64,000 bases of DNA from Thermoplasmata archaeon (GTDB lineage: Archaea; Thermoplasmatota; Thermoplasmata; Lutacidiplasmatales; SKW197), in the NCBI GenBank assembly GCA_026414225.1, contig JAOAJK010000002.1, positions 13,640 to 77,639 on the forward strand, read 5' to 3'. The translations under genes and the position numbers were made by a program. The stretch's first letter is position 1. Each line of letters opens with the position of its first letter. Positions 57,308 through 64,000 of the stretch are shown piece by piece. The notes beneath the pieces were generated by a model. The model saw only the letters and a program-made list of their open reading frames with translations, searched no databases and was not told the DNA's origin.

Positions 57308-57769
57308 TCACTCTATCCCCTCCTCCCTGAAAACCTTCTCCATCATTCTATAAAACTCCTCACCGCTCTTCCTTATCCTTGTTTTTTCTGGCTTGTGCAT
57401 TAAAAATTCCAGGGCCTCTTTGTCCACAAAACCCTGGAGATGCTTTGGCTCGTTGACAGCGTAGAGCCGCATCCAGGATTCAAGCACACTATCTTTCAGG
57501 ATGTTCTGGCTCAGGGTGTAGCCCTGCATAGCCCTTTCTGCAGTTTTATCGAACCTCTCCCATCTCTCGCTCCTCCTCTCCTCCTCCCTCTCCTCGCTGG
57601 TTGTGTGGAAGCCGTAGTAATAAACCAGAAACACGGCGATGAGGGCCGTGAACGCTATGAATCCGAGCTGGACAATTCCGCTGTACTGCGCATAATACAC
57701 GAATGGAGAGAGCACCCCGAAGAACATTGCGAGGAAAAAGATTGCCACAAGAAGCTTCTGCTCCTTCAA
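57308..57769 (-). CDS. Small membrane protein (2 N-terminal TM, Glu/Arg-rich tail)
   Basis: ORF. Overlaps the upstream gene by 4 nt. Confidence 0.35.
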   Translation of the reverse strand: MKEQKLLVAIFFLAMFFGVLSPFVYYAQYSGIVQLGFIAFTALIAVFLVYYYGFHTTSEEREEERRSERWERFDKTAERAMQGYTLSQNILKDSVLESWMRLYAVNEPKHLQGFVDKEALEFLMHKPEKTRIRKSGEEFYRMMEKVFREEGIE

Positions 57770-58638
57770 CCTCCCACCTCACTTCTCAACCCTTTCAGGG
57801 CATTCAATGCCATTTCCTTCTCTACATCCCCGATCTGGTGGCTGCTGTATCTCGCGGTCTCGAACAGTTCCACGAGCGTGTCCAGGTTTTTACTTTCAAA
57901 CCCCATCTTTAGCTTCACCTCTTCCCTGAACTCTCTCGGCGTAAGGTAGAGAGCGTCCTTCACCCCGTGGGTAGCCAGAATTTCGGTCATTCGCCTGTAG
58001 CATCTTATGATGGCATCCCTGGCAGATACTCCCGTCTCGAAGAACGCAATCCCCTCGTCAATCGCTTTCGCAAACTCGAGATGGAACTCCTTTCCCTTTC
58101 CAGCACCTTTCCCGGTTCTTGTGGACAGATAGGAAAAAAGAAGCGTGGCGATTATCACCGCGATGAGCACGAACATTCCAGCTACAAGAAGCATAGAGAT
58201 AAGGGGAGGTGTGTTTGAAGTATTTGGGAGAGGCGTGTTTCCCGGATTTCCAGTTGAATTTGTGGTGAGATTTTCCCCGGCGTTTTCCTGGGCATTATTC
58301 ACAGCCATAACATAGAGAATCCCGACGAGAATAAGCACAGCCAGCAACGCACCGAAGAACGCGTGCATTACCTCTCTCCCACGCCTCATCGCAATCAGGT
58401 AAAAGATTCCGACTATTCCAAATCCGAGAAAAAGCCAGTATATCAAGAGACACGTATTCATGTTGATGGCTGGTGCATGTGGACTAATCGTTTCATTTCT
58501 CTGCGGGGCATCCGGTGGCAGCATCTCATCCTGGAGCGAGAGATTGAGCACAGCATACCCAAGCATCCCGCAGGCACACACAAAGAAGGCAAAAGCAAGA
58601 ATCACAGCGATGCCTCTATTTATTTTCAAGTCAAACAC
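57766..58638 (-). CDS. DUF4129-like domain membrane protein
   Basis: Three TM segments with an Asn/Thr-rich linker. The C-terminal helical domain carries LTPREF...ARYS, resembling DUF4129. Confidence 0.4.
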   Translation of the reverse strand: MFDLKINRGIAVILAFAFFVCACGMLGYAVLNLSLQDEMLPPDAPQRNETISPHAPAINMNTCLLIYWLFLGFGIVGIFYLIAMRRGREVMHAFFGALLAVLILVGILYVMAVNNAQENAGENLTTNSTGNPGNTPLPNTSNTPPLISMLLVAGMFVLIAVIIATLLFSYLSTRTGKGAGKGKEFHLEFAKAIDEGIAFFETGVSARDAIIRCYRRMTEILATHGVKDALYLTPREFREEVKLKMGFESKNLDTLVELFETARYSSHQIGDVEKEMALNALKGLRSEVGG

Positions 58639-59044
58639 CTATTACCTTCACAATCACGCGTTTGTCCCTCTGGCCGTCAAACTCTGCATAGTAAATCTGC
58701 TGCCATGGACCGAAGTCAAGTTGTCCATCAGTGATGGGGACGATGACCTCATGTCCGATAAGCAAGCTTTTCAGGTGGGCATCTCCGTTCGTCTCCCCGG
58801 TCCGATGGTGCCTGTAGTCATGTCTGAAGGGCGCTAGCTTCTCTACCCACTCGTCAATGTCCCTTATCAGCCCGCTTTCGGCATCGTTGATGTAAACGCC
58901 CGCAGTAATGTGCATCGCGGAAACCAGCGCAAACCCTTCCTTTATTCCAGACTTCCGGACAATCTCCTCCACCCGTTCGGTTATGTTAATGTATTCCCGT
59001 TTGTTTTTCGTGTGGAACCAGAGATATTCCGTGTGGGCTTTCAT
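58631..59044 (-). CDS. YjbQ/UPF0047 family (secondary thiamine-phosphate synthase-like)
   Basis: [25 protein letters not shown] and [13 protein letters not shown] motifs. Confidence 0.7.
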   Translation of the reverse strand: MKAHTEYLWFHTKNKREYINITERVEEIVRKSGIKEGFALVSAMHITAGVYINDAESGLIRDIDEWVEKLAPFRHDYRHHRTGETNGDAHLKSLLIGHEVIVPITDGQLDFGPWQQIYYAEFDGQRDKRVIVKVIGV

Positions 59045-60078
59045 TCCGCCTCACCCCGCATCTTTTTCACGCTCCTTAACGGAACGAGGTAAATATTATC
59101 TTCCCTCTTCAGCACCCAAACCTTCTCGGCTGCCTGCGGATAATCTATGTTTGTAAACTTCTCAAGTTTCATGGTTCTTTCATCCAGCACTGTAATTTCT
59201 TTCTCGTCCCTGTAGACCACCTTCAGCTCATCCAGCATCTCAAATTCGATTATCTCTGCATTCTTCAGGGTTTCCCCCATGACCACCCTTTCTTTCCCGC
59301 CCTGGTTCCGCAGGAGCAGTTTACCTGCCCTTTCAGGTGCCACGGTATAAAGGTCACCGTCGTAGTAAACCAGGTCTCCATCCTCAAACCTTTCAATTTC
59401 TACGAGGTAGGTGACCCTGTACACATCTTTTCCCTCCCTTCTTGTGTGCAATCTTGGAGAGGCCTTCACCCTTGCGCCAAATTTTCTCTTCAGTGCCTCA
59501 CATACCGCCCTGGCATAACCGTTATCAACGATGTAAATATCCACACCGTTCTCCACATCCTCACGCTGCACGACCTGCCTTTTCCCGGCGGCAGCACCTT
59601 CCACAATGTCCTCCATTTCCCTCAACAGTCGTGCCCCTATCTCCCTGCCCTTTCTCCTTATCTGGATCACGGCAGAAAACCCGTGTCCATGAATCCTTGA
59701 ACAGTCGGGGCAGAGATTTTTTCTCCTGAAGATAGTAACCTGGCGTTTCTGCTCATGGACCTCCCCATCATACTCCAAGCTCAGCTTTGCCTCACACGAT
59801 AACACATTCCTGTCCAACTTCTCGCATTCCGTATCAATTTCAGTGCACCTGAAACCCGGACTGCACTCCAGTTGCATGTAAATCAATTTTTTCAGGGCAT
59901 CGTTCTCGGTCTCAAATTTTTCCCAGTGTCTGCCCACGAGCACGGCACCACAGTCCGTGCAGACGAGCATCTCAATCCTCTCGGATACATGGACCGGCAC
60001 CTTCTCGGTAAACACGCAGTCGATGCAGAGCCCGGAATGAAGCTGCGAAACCGTTTTTCCGCACTTGGGGCAGAGCAC
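59041..60078 (-). CDS. nmd3: NMD3-family 60S ribosomal export/biogenesis factor homolog
   Basis: N-terminal CxxC x4 zinc module (CPKCG...CIDC...CTDCG, CPDC) followed by OB/SH3-like domains. Length 345 aa. Confidence 0.6.
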   Translation of the reverse strand: MLCPKCGKTVSQLHSGLCIDCVFTEKVPVHVSERIEMLVCTDCGAVLVGRHWEKFETENDALKKLIYMQLECSPGFRCTEIDTECEKLDRNVLSCEAKLSLEYDGEVHEQKRQVTIFRRKNLCPDCSRIHGHGFSAVIQIRRKGREIGARLLREMEDIVEGAAAGKRQVVQREDVENGVDIYIVDNGYARAVCEALKRKFGARVKASPRLHTRREGKDVYRVTYLVEIERFEDGDLVYYDGDLYTVAPERAGKLLLRNQGGKERVVMGETLKNAEIIEFEMLDELKVVYRDEKEITVLDERTMKLEKFTNIDYPQAAEKVWVLKREDNIYLVPLRSVKKMRGEAE

Positions 60079-60429
60079 TCACATCACCACCATCTGAGCA
60101 TGCGGCACTCCCGCGATTTTGAGCACATTTTCCTTATCCACGAACCCTGCCCTTATCGCAAGCCCCACCGTGTGCTTTCCGAACAGGTTGGCAACAGTTG
60201 CGGAGCCCATGTGAATCAGGAAAACCTCATCAGTCACAAGCTCGCCCTTGTAAAACTCGGGGCTGAGATGGACAGAGAATTTCTCATCCTTCAGATATTC
60301 GTCAACAAGGTCTGCATCACACGCTGCAACCAGAATCTCGGGACCCCTGCGGTGCACCTTCAGGTAGATTGCAGGTTCAGTCCCTGATCCTCCTGTAGTG
60401 ACCTTCTTTCGGCTCATATATCTCTCCAT
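60079..60429 (-). CDS. Small conserved hypothetical protein (DUF424-like)
   Basis: ORF. Its first about 50 nt overlap the mcm 3' end. Confidence 0.3.
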   Translation of the reverse strand: MERYMSRKKVTTGGSGTEPAIYLKVHRRGPEILVAACDADLVDEYLKDEKFSVHLSPEFYKGELVTDEVFLIHMGSATVANLFGKHTVGLAIRAGFVDKENVLKIAGVPHAQMVVM

Positions 60430-62494
60430 TCTTTTTCATCTTCTCAATGATTTCATTCACACTGGTCTCGTCTATTCCTCTCTCCAGGGCAAGGTTTATC
60501 ACATCCTCCCTTGCGGCACCCGTATCCTTGTTCTGGGATTCAAGTTCTGTCAGGATATCCCTTATGGTTGCAATTGCATCCCGCTTGGACTTCGGCATGC
60601 CCGTATGAATAATGTCCACATCAAGTTTATTTGTGGCCTGATCATAAGCCACCATCCTGTAGCATTTCATGAATATCTCCACAGCGAGTAGGGCATCCTC
60701 CTCGGTTACAACCTTGCTTAACCGTAGTTTTGCAGCGGCTTCGGAAAGGCGGACCATCGCCTCCAGCTGTCTCGGTGTGATAGGAACCACTTCCTCCTCC
60801 TCGTTCACATACATTGTCCTGATTTCCACGTACTTTTTCTGGATAATCTCTCGCGCTTTGTCTGAAAGCACAGGAATACATTTTCTAGCATGGGAGATAT
60901 ATTTTTTGAGGAAATCCATTTGAAATGCCGGTTGTAAATCCTTGCCAGTATCCTCAATATCTGGTTTTCTCCCTTCACCGGCAAGTGCCAGGACCTCTCC
61001 ATGCAGATGGGCTTTCAGAATGTGGGTAGCTATGCTTTCGTCCCTTTCTGCATCAGGTTTATCTAGCACCGGAATCACAATGTCAAATCTGGAGATGAGA
61101 GTTTCCGGCAAATCAATCTGGTTGAAAAATAATTTATTGGGATTGAACCTTCCCTCCTTCGGGTTTGCAGCCGCAAGAACTGGGCATCTGGTGTTAAGCG
61201 TGGCATAAATCCCTGCCTTTGAAACAGTCACTGTCTGCTGCTCCAGTGCTTCATGCATCGCACTTCTGTCCTCCTTTGACATCTTGTCGAGCTCGTCTAT
61301 GCATGCGATTCCAGTGTCCGCGAGAACGAGCGCTCCGGCCTCCAGGGTCCATCGCCCCTCTCCGAACTCGTCTTTCACCGCCGCAGCAGTGAGTCCTGAG
61401 GCAGAGGTCGATTTACCCACAGCGTAAATTCCTCGCGGAACGATTCTGGCAACAAATGTGAGTAGCTGGGATTTCGCGGTGCCCGGGTCTCCGACGAGCA
61501 AAATGTGGATATCACCTTTCCTCCGCACCCCGTCCTCCAGCGTTTTCGGGACGCCCCCGACAAGCTGGAGGGCGATTGCCCGCTTTGCATCCTCCATACC
61601 AGCGATTGTGGGTGCAATTGAGTGGACCACCTTGTTAAATATATCGGGGTCATTTGCAGCGTTCTCAATCTCTTCAATCTCCTCCTTTGTAAGTTCCAGC
61701 TCCGTGTATTCCTTGCTCAGCTTCCTGAGATTGTTCACATTCAGCGTGATTTCAAATTCGGTGGTCTTGCCTTTTATCTTCTGGATTGCAAGAAGAATCC
61801 CGCTCAACTGAACCCTATCGCCTGGAAAAATCTGTCCGCAGAGGTCATCCTCAATGTAGCCCATCAACCGCTGGGGCTGGACTCCTCCCCGGGGCATTGT
61901 TTCGGGGCTCTCCTGGATTTCGATTTTCTGCTGGTCAATGAATTCGGAATCCTCCGGGCGGAGCACGAAATCCGTTTGTTGGGCTAACTTGCCGCAACCA
62001 CCCTGTTTCTGCTCGCATGAGACGGGCTTAATCAGGTCTCCAGTTTCCTGCCGCACCCTTATGACTGCCCCGCAGTTCTTGCATTTGAAGGCAGCAATGA
62101 TAATTCTCGGCCGCACCTCGGTGACCCTCCGCAGCAAGCCCTCCACCGTGATGAATCTGTACAGTGAGGTCTCCCTTATGTCCCTTATCGGGATTGGCGG
62201 CCTGTGGGTGGGCACGAGCCGTATCCAGAGTTTTTTGGTATCTATCTCCTCCTCGGGTGTAGGCATCATTTCCAGCATAACTTCTTTTCCGATTTCAAGC
62301 ACCTCAAGGGGGGCATTTAGAATTTCTTCCAGAAATTCTGGATTGAACTCATGAAGTTCCTTCTCTTCCACAAACAGGGACCTCTTCTCCGGATAGTTGT
62401 GGGCTATCTCAGCCATTCTCGGCACATAGTTGTAGGTTTCGAAAAATTCCCGCCATAGAGAACGCACTGTCTGCTCATCCATCTGCATTTTCAT
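60377..62494 (-). CDS. mcm: MCM replicative helicase
   Basis: Zn finger C4 in the N-terminal domain (CKNCG...C..C), Walker A GDPGTAKSQLL, Walker B IDELDKM, arginine finger SRFD and a wH C-terminus. No intein. Confidence 0.85.
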   Translation of the reverse strand: MKMQMDEQTVRSLWREFFETYNYVPRMAEIAHNYPEKRSLFVEEKELHEFNPEFLEEILNAPLEVLEIGKEVMLEMMPTPEEEIDTKKLWIRLVPTHRPPIPIRDIRETSLYRFITVEGLLRRVTEVRPRIIIAAFKCKNCGAVIRVRQETGDLIKPVSCEQKQGGCGKLAQQTDFVLRPEDSEFIDQQKIEIQESPETMPRGGVQPQRLMGYIEDDLCGQIFPGDRVQLSGILLAIQKIKGKTTEFEITLNVNNLRKLSKEYTELELTKEEIEEIENAANDPDIFNKVVHSIAPTIAGMEDAKRAIALQLVGGVPKTLEDGVRRKGDIHILLVGDPGTAKSQLLTFVARIVPRGIYAVGKSTSASGLTAAAVKDEFGEGRWTLEAGALVLADTGIACIDELDKMSKEDRSAMHEALEQQTVTVSKAGIYATLNTRCPVLAAANPKEGRFNPNKLFFNQIDLPETLISRFDIVIPVLDKPDAERDESIATHILKAHLHGEVLALAGEGRKPDIEDTGKDLQPAFQMDFLKKYISHARKCIPVLSDKAREIIQKKYVEIRTMYVNEEEEVVPITPRQLEAMVRLSEAAAKLRLSKVVTEEDALLAVEIFMKCYRMVAYDQATNKLDVDIIHTGMPKSKRDAIATIRDILTELESQNKDTGAAREDVINLALERGIDETSVNEIIEKMKKNGEIYEPKEGHYRRIRD

Positions 62495-62558
62495 GGTAAC
62501 CGCTCAATCACGATGGGGGTATTAAGGTTTTTCTGAGAATTCTCATTTTCACACCCGG

Positions 62559-63986
62559 TTACACCCCGGCAATCAATCCCACCCTGAAAATGATTCCGCC
62601 AAGAAGCAGTGCGAATCCAATCTCAAACCCGGTTATCGCAATTGCTTTTTTCCATCCGAGCTCTCGCACGAGGGCAGCAATTGTGGCAACGCACGGTACA
62701 TAGAACATCACAACTACCGTGAACACCAGCATTTGTAATGGCGAGAGCACCGCTGCAAAATTTGCGGTGCCGAGAAACACAGCCAGCATTACTACGGTCA
62801 ATTCCTTCCTCAAAACCCCGAAAATCAGGGTGAAACCCACCACGGCTGGTAATCCTAGCCACGAAACAATAAGGGGAGAGAGAGCCGCATTCACATGTCC
62901 GAGGACCCCATAGGTGTCAAGGACCACAATCGCGATGCTGCCAGCCATTATTATCGGCATCGCAATGACCAGGAACTCTTTTACACGGAACCAGGTCTGT
63001 TTAAGCACTACCAGGGGTTGGGGGACCCTTAACCCAGGAATTTCCATGATCAGGCCTGTGCCGGTGCCTGGCAAAAGTCGGGATATAATCTTCCCAACTC
63101 CGAATACCACCACGAGGTTGAAGGCATAGAGGGCAATGGCCCAGTGAATTCCCATGAAAATGCCAGTCACACCGAGAATCACGACAGTTCTCGCAGAGCA
63201 GGGTACAAGGGTGCTCAGGAAGGCGGCAAGGGTCCGCTCTCGCTCTGTCTCCATGATTCTGCACCCGACACACGCAGGCACATTGCAGCCATAGCCGAGA
63301 ACCAGTGGGATGAAGGCCTTGCCATGCAGGCCAATGCGATGCATCAGCGAATCCATCAGAAACGCAGCCCTTGCCAGATAACCGCTCTGCTCCAGAATTG
63401 CAAGCAATACATAGAAGGGAAGCACGAACGGAAGCACAACGCCCAGCGCACCTCCGATTCCACCGGCAACCAGTCCGTCCCAGATAATCCTTGTGGTTCT
63501 GCTCTCCCCGAACCGGGCAAAATAACCGCTGCCGAGCCACTCAAAAAAATTTTCCATTCCTGCAGCGATCAACGAACCGGTGTAGAAGACAAAGGTAAAG
63601 ATTCCGGCGATGATTCCACCAAGGAGGAGGTATCCGTAAACCCTGTGCGTGGAAATGTAATCCAGAAACTCGATGTTCTTCCGTCGTACGGTCCGTTTTC
63701 TCACAACCCTTCTCACAATCTCAGCGCACACGGCATACCGTTCTGCAGAAATCACTGCCTCACATGCTTCATGGTGAATCTCTGCAATTTCGTTAGCTAG
63801 AATGTCAGCAGCGGTTAGAATGTTTCTATCAATCTTTTCAGCGAGTTTTCGCATCTGCAAATCCTTCTCGAGCAACCTGATTGCCATGAACCTGGGGGGA
63901 TAAGGGATACTATATTTCTGCAAAAGCAGGGTTAGTTTTCTGATGCGTTTTTCGACCTCATGCCCGAATTTGAATTCCCCATGCAT
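62559..63986 (-). CDS. feoB: Ferrous iron transporter FeoB, membrane (gate) domains; probably extends beyond the window edge to the G-domain
   Basis: GYGCNVPA and LVPCSARTVVILG motifs. The frame is open through the last 14 nt of the window. Confidence 0.65.
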   Translation of the reverse strand: MHGEFKFGHEVEKRIRKLTLLLQKYSIPYPPRFMAIRLLEKDLQMRKLAEKIDRNILTAADILANEIAEIHHEACEAVISAERYAVCAEIVRRVVRKRTVRRKNIEFLDYISTHRVYGYLLLGGIIAGIFTFVFYTGSLIAAGMENFFEWLGSGYFARFGESRTTRIIWDGLVAGGIGGALGVVLPFVLPFYVLLAILEQSGYLARAAFLMDSLMHRIGLHGKAFIPLVLGYGCNVPACVGCRIMETERERTLAAFLSTLVPCSARTVVILGVTGIFMGIHWAIALYAFNLVVVFGVGKIISRLLPGTGTGLIMEIPGLRVPQPLVVLKQTWFRVKEFLVIAMPIIMAGSIAIVVLDTYGVLGHVNAALSPLIVSWLGLPAVVGFTLIFGVLRKELTVVMLAVFLGTANFAAVLSPLQMLVFTVVVMFYVPCVATIAALVRELGWKKAIAITGFEIGFALLLGGIIFRVGLIAGV

Positions 63987-64000
63987 CCGCTGTCGTTTTC

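Noticed and set aside
63001-63800. 179-aa minus-strand and 218-aa plus-strand ORFs inside feoB
   Set aside because: They are alternative or antisense frames of the FeoB membrane domain. The FeoB frame has the GYGCNVPA and LVPCSAR motifs.
1-64000. Search for integrase, transposase, IS inverted repeats and prophage hallmarks
   Set aside because: None were recognized. tRNA genes are not flanked by integrase-like ORFs or direct repeats of their 3' ends.

Overview
This is a densely coded archaeal chromosomal window of about 50% GC. It carries five tRNA genes, and TTTAWATA-type TATA boxes sit about 25-40 nt upstream of many start codons; several genes look leaderless. Lineage cannot be assigned from this window. 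The ADP-forming acetyl-CoA synthetase, AOR with ferredoxin, translin-like protein and divergent tRNA pairs would fit an Archaeoglobi-like euryarchaeon, but a strongly Rab-like small GTPase leaves an Asgard-type origin open.

Housekeeping core:
- ADP-forming acetyl-CoA synthetase alpha/beta (acdAB).
- An ABC exporter operon led by a zinc-ribbon membrane protein.
- CDF transporter, SPFH protein, IPMDH-family dehydrogenase, HtpX, RpoK, a SERCA-like P-type ATPase and a Wzx-like flippase.
- DUF655-RpoF-L21e-Pus10 cluster.
- S13-S4-S11-RpoD operon continuing into RNase P Rpp21, a YhbY-like protein and a pantoate-kinase-like GHMP kinase.
- LeuD-like subunit, GluRS, DUF373 protein, two MFS transporters, tungsten AOR plus ferredoxin, NadC, XPD helicase and a KaiC-like ATPase.
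- Agmatinase next to aIF5A, aRF1, Hsp20, CDC48, YjbQ, Nmd3, MCM and the membrane part of FeoB.

Regions that look accessory or unusual:
1. A 1065-aa STAND-type NTPase with wHTH, a DUF835-like domain, a P-loop NTPase and TPR repeats, at the left edge.
2. A stand-alone NurA-HerA pair with no Mre11/Rad50, in reversed order, followed by a TPR protein and a 6-TM protein.
3. A divergent PNP/MTAN-fold protein translationally coupled to a eukaryote-like Rab-family small GTPase with a C-terminal extension.
4. A zinc-ribbon membrane protein with an internally duplicated DGxFGxW module, operonic with the ABC exporter.
5. A frameshifted 47-codon double-CxxC zinc-ribbon microgene.
6. Two paralogous radical-SAM-like proteins with a non-canonical CX7CX2C motif and a C-terminal HhH domain.

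No CRISPR array, IS element or integrase was seen.
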